A stretch of DNA of 64,000 nt. It comes from a virus (Duplodnaviria > Caudoviricetes). The stretch covers positions 27,324-91,323 of IMG/VR virus record IMGVR_UViG_3300031994_000050; one strand, written 5' to 3'. The notes beneath the pieces are model-generated. The model saw only the letters and a program-made list of their open reading frames with translations. It ran no database searches and was not told the origin of the DNA. Position 1 is the first letter of the stretch; the number at the start of each line of letters is the position of its first letter. A program made the position numbers and the translations under genes. Below are positions 1 to 10,700 of this stretch, piece by piece.

Positions 1-379
1 CAAGCCCATTAATATTGTTATCGTAAATCTCTTTTGCTACCTGTGCTTTTGCTTGAGCCTTTTCTTCCGCAAACATCTTGATTTGAGTGTCGATTTCTTT
101 GATAGGTTTATCTATTTCTTCGAGAAGAGTTTTTACTTGTCCTTCAAACTCGTTGTAAGGAATCATAAAATCTTCTTTTAATTCCTTTCGCCTATCATCT
201 ACTGCTTTATGAATCTTTCTTAGTGTTGCGAGTTCTTTCTTAAACTCTGGGATAGAGTCTTCTGTCACTGTCAAACCAGAATATGCACTCATTTGAATTG
301 CAAGAGCTTCTTTGATTTCGCTGAAATCGCATTCAATTTTTCCTGCTGTTTGCGTGACGTTTAAATCAAATCCTATCAT
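1..379 (-). CDS. DUF1351-like phage protein (runs off the window edge)
   Basis: Not in the ORF track. Manual translation from ATG at 379 (SD AAAGGAG) gives MIGFDLNVTQTAGKIECDFSEIKEAL...KKELATLRKIHKAVDDRRKELKEDFMIPYNEFE, a coiled-coil pattern typical of DUF1351. Confidence 0.7.
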   Translation of the reverse strand, partial: MIGFDLNVTQTAGKIECDFSEIKEALAIQMSAYSGLTVTEDSIPEFKKELATLRKIHKAVDDRRKELKEDFMIPYNEFEGQVKTLLEEIDKPIKEIDTQIKMFAEEKAQAKAQVAKEIYDNNINGL

Positions 380-393
380 AATTCTCCTTTCTT

Positions 394-963
394 TTACTTA
401 TAAAATCTTTGTCCGTATTCTTCAAACAGAAAAGATTTATTTTTTCTATGCCAACTCTTTGAACTATTAGAAGATGATTCAAAGAATAAAGCGCCTTGTG
501 ATATGTCTTTACCGCCTTCCAATTCGGCTAATGCTATATGAGTTTCACTTGTGGGATTGGCTTTTTTAAAAACCCCATTTCCCATTACAGCAAATTGATA
601 CTGTCCGTTGTATTTTTGATAAATAACTTCTCTAACAGTGTTCGGGAAATTCTCGCTTTCTACGCGATTCATAATAACATTCATTACAACAAGTTGTCCT
701 TCTACGCCTTGATTTCCCGCTTCGCTCCAAGCAAGCTTCATAATCATTTCCGCTTCTTCTTGAGTGAGTTCAACAATACTTTCATCTATACGATATTCTT
801 CATTGCTAGAAGTTGTATAAATTGGAATTTCATCATGTTCATCTGTATTTTCATCTATTATATATGTTTCGATAGGTTCTATAACAACTTCTGTTTTTCG
901 GGTTGATAATGTCATTAAAACAGTGATTAATATTGATAACATAATTGAAATAATCCGTTTCAT
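394..963 (-). CDS. SleB/Hydrolase_2 cell-wall hydrolase with N-terminal membrane anchor
   Basis: LAWSEAGNQ..GQLVVMNVIMNRVES..FPNTVREVIYQ..QF and GALFF motifs; hydrophobic N-terminus. Confidence 0.85.
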   Translation of the reverse strand: MKRIISIMLSILITVLMTLSTRKTEVVIEPIETYIIDENTDEHDEIPIYTTSSNEEYRIDESIVELTQEEAEMIMKLAWSEAGNQGVEGQLVVMNVIMNRVESENFPNTVREVIYQKYNGQYQFAVMGNGVFKKANPTSETHIALAELEGGKDISQGALFFESSSNSSKSWHRKNKSFLFEEYGQRFYK

Positions 964-978
964 GCCTCCCTCTCCTGT

Positions 979-1191
979 TCATAATTTTGTGTCTGCCAAG
1001 AAAATTTTTCTTTTTAACGTATCAGATAAATTTAAAATCTTAGCAAGATTTTCAAACTCGGATATTTTAACCTCGCTACCTCTAATAATAGCATAAAGAC
1101 GCTCCCGTGAAATTCCTGCTTTTTTAGCAATGTGGACTTTTGTTATTCCACTGTCTTTTATAACTTCTAGCAGTAATTTACCATCCGTCAT
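979..1191 (-). CDS. XRE/Cro-like HTH regulator
   Basis: 70 aa, SGITKVHIAKKAGISRERLY HTH pattern; first gene after a consensus promoter. Confidence 0.8.
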   Translation of the reverse strand: MTDGKLLLEVIKDSGITKVHIAKKAGISRERLYAIIRGSEVKISEFENLAKILNLSDTLKRKIFLADTKL

Positions 1192-1221
1192 CCTGTTACT
1201 CCTTTCTCATGTGATAAAACA

Positions 1222-1250
1222 ATCATATCGCAAAGTGCTTTAAATGTCAA
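1222..1250 (-). promoter_or_regulatory. sigmaA promoter for the HTH-SleB-DUF1351 operon
   Basis: TTGACA-17 nt-TATGAT on the minus strand. Confidence 0.75.
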
Positions 1251-1293
1251 TACTTTTTACAAAAATGTATTTATTTTACACACATATAAAAAC

Positions 1294-1321
1294 AAAAAAG
1301 TCGAGCAACTGCCCGACTTTT
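1294..1321 (-). terminator. Intrinsic terminator ending the head-tail operon
   Basis: AAAAGTCGGGC-AGTT-GCTCGACTTTTTT on the minus strand, just after the Dit stop. Confidence 0.75.
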
Positions 1322-1328
1322 CCGCAAT

Positions 1329-1709
1329 TCAATCATCAATAATTCCACAATCAATAATATTCATTTTGCATGAACGATAGTATTGGAAATCTCCGTTAGA
1401 ATTAATGTAATAAGGTTCGCATGTTCTATCGCCGCAATAACACAGATGAGTGCAATAACCTCCGTTTACAACATCTGGAAAAGTAGCATGAAACTTAAAG
1501 TCTTTGACTAAGTTCAGTATATTTTTCCATTGTTCTTTAGTAAGCCATCGCCATTCCATGTTGTCGAGCTTGTAAATATCTCTTCCTACACGCTCTCCAA
1601 CCATTTCTCCTAACGCATTTCTTCCGCTATTTACGTTCGTTGAAACTGTTTCCGACAATCCTCTAATGGGAACTGGTAAAGAAGTTCCGTTAATCGTTAA
1701 AAGTGCCAT
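1329..1709 (-). CDS. Distal tail (Dit)-like protein
   Basis: Directly follows the tape measure; MALLTING..LPVP...SGRNALGEMVGERVGRD pattern of Clostridia-phage Dit-like proteins; SD GAGGTG before ATG 1709. Confidence 0.6.
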   Translation of the reverse strand: MALLTINGTSLPVPIRGLSETVSTNVNSGRNALGEMVGERVGRDIYKLDNMEWRWLTKEQWKNILNLVKDFKFHATFPDVVNGGYCTHLCYCGDRTCEPYYINSNGDFQYYRSCKMNIIDCGIIDD

Positions 1710-1778
1710 ATCAATCACCTCTTATTTGGAGAGCCGACTTACGCCGACTCTCCTTGATAAATAGTATCGTGGTTCATA

Positions 1779-4700
1779 TTAGTCTACAAATCTATTGCCA
1801 AGTCCTTTTTGTCCTCTATTATTAGCTTCTGCAATCTGTCTATCTCCTATCTGCACATTAACATCTTTATTGTTAATTGTATCAGCTAAGATATTAGTCT
1901 GATTTTCAATAGCATTCTTAATAGATTCATTAGCCATCGACACACCATTCGCTACTGCGGTTACTATCTGTTCATTGTTTGCAACAGCCGCCTTATTTCC
2001 GAAGCTTCCAACAAATTCGGGCTTTCCGTTTTCTCGTGCGACAAATAACTCGCCCGTGTTGGGAATACCGCCCATTTGGAAACCTCTCACAAGGAATGAA
2101 TTTGAATACCAGTTTTCAAAATCCGATTTTGTTCCTCGTGTTTGTCTACCTCCTACAGTAAACGAGAAATCATTAAACTCCCATGCGGGGTCATTGTAAA
2201 ACTTTGATATGTCATATCTCGTTCCGCCCTTACCACTTGCTACACCATAAACATTAAACGATTGATATGCGCCTGTGTCTTTGTTGCGGAATTTAACTTC
2301 AGTTCCATATCCTGTTTGCAATGATTCAAGAGCGCTGACCGCTTCTCTCGGTATGTTTCCAAGCTTAACGTTATACTTATTCAAAACCTCAATATATTTA
2401 TTGAGTGCATCCGACACACTGCTTGGAGTGGTTGATGCCGAATAAAGGTTTTCACTAGGAGTAAGATTATATTTATCTTTAATGTATGCCTTGATAGCCT
2501 CAAGTTGAGTTCTATCAGTAATGGTGTTTCCATTAGCATCTAAGAAGCGAATCTGGTTAGAGCCTGTAGTTAAGTATGAATCAGAGGAGTTAAGAGCCGA
2601 ACTAAGCACGGATGGCTTTGATTTAGCCCAACTATCTATGCTGTCAATTACTGCGCTTCCGCTTCCAGAATATTTCTGACTTACAAACAATGATGTAGCA
2701 CCAAGTCCTGTAGTCTTATTTCTGTATTGAGCCTCAGTGACTTCTTGTCCTCCGAGATAGTATTTTCCTCCCCACTTACCATCGAGCTGTCTACTATGAA
2801 TAATGTTTCCGTCGGAATCGTAATAATTTACTTTTCCTGTTGATACATCAGAATGTCTGTCAGCCCATCCTTCATAGTAATCGTCTTTATGAGGATTTTT
2901 TTCTTTTCTTTCTTTTGCTCTCTTCTCTTCCTCTTCTTTAAACTTGTCGTTCGATACAGCGTATACACTTCCATCAGAGTTATATATCTTGCCGTCTTGT
3001 TCGTAGCCGCCGCTAGGGATTGTTGCGCCCCATGAACTCTTTTTAGGTTCTTCCTTTTCTTTCTTAGTGTTATTCGATGAGCCGCTGTCAGACGAACCTC
3101 CCGAACCACCAGAGCTTCCACCAGATGAGCTATCCGAACCGCCAGAGCTTCCACCAGACGAACCGCCCGAATGTTTATCTTCGTGGTCTTTTGTAGAGCC
3201 ACCCGAACTTCCGCCAGATGAACCTCCCGAAGAACCACCACCAACAGTATTGTTTGTTCCGCCAGTAGAAGGAGTCTTAGCTGTTCCGCCAGTAGAGGAT
3301 GAACTTGAGCCGCCATTAGAACCCCATCTGAACTTTAAGAAATCAAGTACAGTACGTCTATCTCCCGAATCAATCTTTTTTCCATTGCTATCAGTTATAG
3401 GGAACTCTCCGTCAGCAATTCTTCTTCTAAGACCTATGGGTAAATCATCTGTAAGTCTTACAAGTTGACCGTCAACTAAGGCAAACAGACCGACTTTTCC
3501 GTAATTTGTATAAAGAAAAATATCTTTGCCATTATCCGCAGTAACAATTCCATTTCCGTCAGAAGCAGAGCCTCCTGTCTTTCCTCCTGTTGATGAAGAA
3601 CCACCAGAAGAACCACCAGAAGAACCGCTTGTCGAACCGCTTGATTTTCCAGTTGACGAGCTATTTGAAGAACCGCCTGTCGAAGAATTTCCGCTATCCC
3701 TCTTAGCTCCCGCTACCGCAGGAGTATCCTTATTTCCGCATCCGTTGCAATTGCAACAACATGTGCATTCGCACTTAATATTACCAAGCTTATTTATTAA
3801 TGCGTTTATAGCATCTATAAGCCTTGATGTAGCATTGTTCCAAGAATCTGTCGTTGCATGTGCCTCAAAAGTAATAACTCCATCAAGTTTCTCGTTGAGC
3901 TTTGCAAAGATTTCATCAATCTTAGCTTTTGCTCTATCAGCCCAACGAACAAGATAATCATAAGCATTATCTAACTCGTTCTGAAATCCTACGGCAACGC
4001 CTGTAAGTATATTAGGTGCTTTAAATGATTCAAGAGACTGCTTAATCCTGTCAAGCCAAGCCTTTACTAAATCAAGAACTTTTGCCATTTCTTGATTAAC
4101 ATTATCCGAAATGCCCTTGAAGAGTTTTATATTATTCAGCTTGTCAAATTCTACTTGAATCCAAGCTACATAATATCTGACAATATCAAGAACTTTAGAT
4201 AATTCCATGTCGGCTTTTTCGCTAAGTCCGTTAAGGAACTCATCAGCAATACCGTCAAATATTCCTTTTAAATTATCTCTGAATTTTCTTATTCCTTTTT
4301 CAACGCTCATAAAGAAGCCACTAATCATGTTGCCTAACTTATTCAAGCGTTTTCTGATATTTGATATTGAGCTGTTTCCAAGAAACATATCGGCAAAACC
4401 ACCAGTAGTTTGAGAAGAAGTTGTATTTGTTGTGCTAGTAGTTGTTGTGCTGATAGATGAGTTTCCTGTTACGCCTTTTTGAGGATTGCCCCATTTCTTT
4501 TTTAGTTCCTCAATCAATTTATCTTCGGCTGTACGGTCTAAAGCGCTATTTTTTACAATCGGCTTAAGATTTCTTGAAAGGATTTTCCATTTCAAATCAT
4601 CACTAAGACCATCGGTAATAGCATAATCTTTGCCATCTACTCTTATGTATACATCTTGTAAAGCGCCAGATATTGTCTTTGCCTTATAAGTATTTGTATC

Positions 4701-7700
4701 AGAGCTAGTATAAATAGGCGGCTCTACTTTTGTCGAACTATGCGTTGTATTGGACAATGCTTTGTAATCACTTGCAAAATCGCTTTCTTTCAACGCTTCG
4801 TAATATTTTGCATCACCGTAATCACGTTCATCATAAGACTCTCCACCAAACATAAAAGGATTGAATATTGAAGAAGTCGATGATGTTGAAGCGTCAATCT
4901 TGATATCTTTCAGCTCTTTAGCAATTGCGCGTCCAATAATTTCTCCGAAATGCGCCCAATCTATATCTTCGAGAACCTCTCTGAATGCACGAGCCATTGT
5001 TCTTCCGAAGTTTTCCCAGTCGTAAGCACCACCAAAGCCAGTAGCTATAAGCCATCCTGCGTCTCTCCAATTGACATTTTTATTAAATGCCTTGGCAAGT
5101 TGCGCTCCTGCGTCTTCGTAGTTTGAATTAGACTTGAAATTCTCGGCAAACTTTTTCCAATCGTAAGCATCGTAAAAGATATTTAACGCTTCTACTATTG
5201 TATCGCGCAATTTATCGTAATCTATGTCGAATTGAGTAAGAGTACCGCCGCTTGCATTCATGCCATTGCCTGCGTAGGTCTCTCCCATTTTCTTTGAGCC
5301 TTCGACAACGCCATTAGAGTTAAAATCAACATCTTTTACATGAAGCCTATCTGCAAAGATATCTTCAACGATAAGGATTTTTGACGTGATTTCATCGGTG
5401 TTTATATAAGATGCAGTAATTGTTCCGAGCTTGGGGTCTTTAAGCGTAATGGGAACTTTCTTGTCTTTATTGAAAAGGTCTTCCCAAGTTTTCGCATAAG
5501 AATCATCCATCTCTGGTGTAACATCCACAGGAACAGAATACTTATCCTTTGACTTCTTTCCACCAAAGAAATCTTTAATCTTCTTGACAAAATCCTCAAT
5601 CTTCTTCTTAATCTTACCAAAGAACGACGTTAAGCCATTATCAAGACCTTTAGGCTCAACATCATCAAAAGTTTTTGAGAAATCAAACTTATCGGCAAAA
5701 GCTTTCTTGATAAGAGATGCCACTAAAGCTCCAAGCGCCATTGCAACGCCCGTAAACGGATTTGTTGCAAAAGTGATGACAGTTAGCATTGTGTACATGA
5801 TTTTAGCAACTTGCTTTAATAGTAATGGTATATAATCCATCAATACTTTTGCAATTTCTTTTGCTAATTCGTCAAGGTCATTTAATACGGCTTGTGATAT
5901 AGCGTCTTTTTGCTCCAATGACAATAAGAGCATCCTTAACGATACACTTATTAGCATTCCTTTTAGCTTGCCAAGTTTAAGCTGTTTAACTATCTTCATC
6001 ATCTGACGGTGAATATCGCTTGTTTCATCCCAGAAAGAATCAACAATCGCTACAATGCCGTCTATGATAGTATTCAGTGATTTAACTATTGTTTTCTCGT
6101 TGGCTTTTAAGAACTTAACAAACCTATCCGAAAACTGCTTCATTGCCTTGTCTGCATCATCAGCTACATCGCCAAAGAAATCAGCCGCTCCTGTTACTAT
6201 TCCGAGTAAAGTTTCTCCGATAATATCAGCAAGCTTTGAAAAAGAATTGCGATTAATCATGCCTTTCAGCGTTTCTTCTATCGTGGTGCTGAACGAGCCG
6301 AATGCATCCTGTATCATCTTTCTGATGTTGTTTTTATTAGCGAATATTTTATCTATCGCATCAGCAACACCCGTTGATATCTGTTTTGCTAAATCGCCCC
6401 ATTTAATTCCCTTAAGAGCAATATCTACTGCCACAACAAGGTCTACAACAACTTGTCCTGCATTAGCAACGGTTCTTTCTAACGCTCCACTGTTTATAGC
6501 GCTGTTCACAAGGTCTTTAACTCTTTTTGCAAGAGCGTTAAGGTCTATGTCTAATATTGGTTCAATGAACTTAATAACTACTTTAATTGCTTTATCTAAA
6601 GTAACATTAGCGTTATTCCAGAACCTATCATTATTAAGGAAGCCGTTTATTGTATCAACCGCATTCTTTGAAAAATCATTGACGTTTCGCTCTATTGCAT
6701 TCCAATCAATGTGTTCCATGGTTATGCTTAAATGCTCAGCTAACCACTTTCCGAGATTAAAGTCGGCAGGAAGTGAATCGAAAATTCCTCTCAATGCACT
6801 TGATACTTTATTAACTACATCAGCGGGAAACTTGAAAACTTCATCCCAGTTAATTCCATTTAAGCCCTTTTGGATTGCGCCCTGTATTGCGCTTCCAATG
6901 TCATAAGCCTTTATGTCGTTAACAACCTTGTGCAGTCCTTCAAAAATAGTGTTTCCGAATTTTGCAATACTTGTGGTTACTTTTGATAAAAATGCTTCGT
7001 CAGCAAATACTCCGTTGATAACATCGGCAATATTTGAAGCCCATCCTTTTACGCCTTGTCTAAATGTAGACCAATCAATATCAAGCGCTCTCGTTATCGC
7101 GTTCTTGAGATTTTCAGTGAGACTACTAAAGTCTATTCTGCTAAAATCAGAGAAGGCGTTTATAAATATGTCATTTATGATGTGCTTAATTGTATCACCG
7201 ATATCATTCCAAAGGCGAGTATCTCTAGCCCACTGATTAACAGCATCGGTAATGCCTTTTGTCCATCCGTCAACTGCATGTCTTACTTGAGACCAATTAA
7301 TTCCTTCAAGAGCTGTTTTAATAGCAAGTGCTACTGAATCAGCCATATTTTTGAAATTAAAGCTCCATGCAAATGTATCAAGATAAGCTACAATAACATC
7401 ATTAATAACATGAGCTACTGTACTTCCTATATCTTTCCAGAGTTGTTTATCTGCAAAGATTTCATTCCACATGTTTGCCAAACCTTTGGCAAGTGTAACA
7501 ACTGTATCTCTTATGAGCGCCCAATCAATAGTTTCAAGTGCACCCTTTAAGAACGTTGTAATTGCCTGTCCAAGAGCTTTCCAGTCAAGGTCATGTACTG
7601 CTTCGTTGATTATAGCAAAGAGATAATTTACGATTTCGCCTACTGTTTTTCCGAGCGTAGCCCAAAATTCCTTATCTCTAAGAACTGTATTAACTATCTC

Positions 7701-10700
7701 AAATAATCTCTTTACGAAATTCCTAGCTTTTTCCTGTAAAGCATCCCAGTCAATATCACGAAGCTTATCTTTCATCCAATCAAGAATATCTTGAACTTGA
7801 ACCTTTATTCCATCAAACGTACCATCAATAGGCACTTTTTCAAACATATCTTCTGGAAGAATGCCTTGTTTGTTGTCCTTGTTGTTGTTTAATATATTAA
7901 GTTCGTCAAGTCCATTAGTGAGATTCTTGACTTTCTTGTTAGCATCCTCTACATTCTGTCCATAATCTTCAAAGAACTTCTTCGCTCTCAAGTAATACGG
8001 CTGTCCTGTAAGCATAGCCATGAATTTAGAGATGTTTTCTGCAACGCCAGTAAGCATTGTAAGGAAATTCTCTACAGGTGAAGCCATTGCGTTAATCAAA
8101 GGTTCAAAGATAGCTATTGTTTGATTTGCAAGTCTTCTCAAAGCTGAGAAAATGATTGAAACATTGTAATTGAGTTGCAATATTTCGTCATTTGCATTTT
8201 TTTCAAACAAAACCATATCTTCAAATGCTTGCTTCATTGCGTTTAAGAAAGCGGTAATCGACTTTCTCATCAGCATTCTTGTAAGCATTGAGAAGTATCT
8301 TGTTATGGATTTAATAGCACCTTTTAAGATGTGAGTTTGCTTAATAACCTTAGATAACTGGAAATTACTCGAAGCAAGGGTTTTTACAAAGCTAGGAGAA
8401 ACAGCTAAAAGAAGTGCCTTCATTCCCTTTATAGCGGGCGCAAAAGCGTTGCCAACCTTGCCAAAGATTGAAACAATAGTCTTTCCAAAATCGCCAATCT
8501 TACGCAAGGCACTTACAACTATCTCCGCACCGCTACGTACAATAGACACAGCCTTATTCACTGCTCCTGCAACAGCATTAAATGCTCCCACTACAGATGA
8601 AAGCATATTCTTTGCAAACTGCATGAGGCTTTGTGTAAACTTTACAATCGAATCACGAAGCTCAGTTATGATTTTATAGTAAGTTTTGAAGATTGCTATA
8701 ACAACACCCGCAACTGCGGCAACAGCACCTAAAGCAGTTGCTACAGCGCCAAGCGTTCCTGCTAATTCTGACAGCCCCGCAAGCTTTCCCGCATCCATAG
8801 CGATTTCTCCGCTTTGAACTCCTTTTCCGAACATAGTTGAAAGCTTACCGACAGACTTGCTTATATCACCCTTTCCGCCAGACAACATTTGTCCAAACTG
8901 AGTGAATCCTTTACCTATGCTATTGCGAGTTTCCTGCTCAATTTTTTCGCTTGCTTTGCTTGCTCTTTCAAGTTCGTCAGCAAAAGCCGCGGCTCTAGCG
9001 CTAGCGTCTTGAAGAGTCTCTGGCATTGCATCAAGGTCATCTTGAGCTTTTTTTATCTCTTCTTCGATTTCAACCATTCTATCTTTAATGGCTTGGAATC
9101 CTCTTCCCATTCGAGATGAACTATCTGCACCTTCGCCATTATTAAACCGCTTCATAATCGAAGCATATCTTTCATATTCTTCTTTGAGATTGCGGATATA
9201 TTTTAACCCTTCGTTTTCATTGTTGAAACGAGGTGCTTTCTCAATAGCTACATGCAACTGTTCGATTATGGTTCTTAATTGATTAGCTTCTGCGCTTGCT
9301 GTAGCCCACTTACTAACTTGAGTCTGGAATACAGAAGAATCTTTATAATTCTGCTTTGTAGCAACAGTCGTTTGCATTTTAGCATATTCTTCTGTAATGG
9401 TTTTTAAGCGCTGTTGCAACATGCGCTCAGCTTCCGCAAGGCTTCTTTCAAGCTGTCTAAGAGGTGCACTGGTATCAAACATTGAAGAAATATCAATATC
9501 TTTAATGTTTTGCTTTAAGTGATTGGCAAAATCATCCCATGTTCTGTTAGCTGATGTTACTACTTTCTGGAATGTCGCAACGCCACTGCCGTCTAATTTA
9601 ATGCTAATCTTATTGTTGCTTCCCTGTATACTTCCAAGAGAATTTAAAATCTTCGCCAATGCGTCAGCTATAAGATTAAGCTTGCTAGGGTCTGCTTCTT
9701 GCAATCTATCAAGCGCTCTTGTAACAGAACCGAGGTCTTTAAGAGCAACAATCTTGCCGTCTGGGATAACATTAAGAGTGTCAAACAATCTTTCTAGCAC
9801 AAGTTCCAAGCCGTTAAGATTGCTTACATTCATCTTCATCAAGCCTTTAAGGTTATTAACCATAATCTTAAAGTTATTTAATCCTTGACCCATGCCGCTG
9901 AGCTTTGTAAGCGCTTCGCCTATAACAAGTATAGGTTCAACATTTACGCTATCATTGCCCATTATATGAAGCCATGATGATAATGATTTTAAGCCTTCTG
10001 CAAGATTCTGGATATTCTGAATACCATCTAATCCCTTGAAAGATTCGAGAGATTTACCAAGCTGAGAAATTACATTGTTTTCGGGAAGAGAAACACTTGT
10101 ATCTTTCGCAAGGTTAATGATATCTCTTAATGCGTAGAACACATAAGAAAACTTATCCATATTAGTAGGAAGCGCATCGTAGAAAGCTTTTATTTGCGTT
10201 CCTAAAATAGTAAGTACATTGTTTTTCTCGTCAAAGTCTGTGTATTTAAGAGCATTAAGAATAGAAGCGACAGGCTGTGCAAGCGCTCCGATTTTTTCAA
10301 ATTTCTGTAATGCACTCTCAATTGAACTATCGCTAGAAAGAGCCTTTAAATAATCAAGTAATTGAGTAAGACCTTTTGTCTGTAAGTCTCTTCCATTAAG
10401 CATATCCAAGGCGCTTATTAAAGAGCCAAGACCTTGACCTAATCCTCCAACATTCTTGTATGAATCATTCAAGTGCTTAAATTTTTCAAGCGTTTCAAAA
10501 AGATTACTATTCTTTATAGGCTTTAAAGAATCATCTAAATCCGTTGTTATAGCTTCTATAGATTCACGAACATTATAGAACCCTCTATCTGCTTCTTGGA
10601 ATCCGCTAACAAGCTTATCCATCGTGTCTTGCACGGTAGATGAGGTTGAGCCGAGCGTCTGAAATGTTCTTGTGAGAATTTGAAGCGTAGCGACTGTTCT

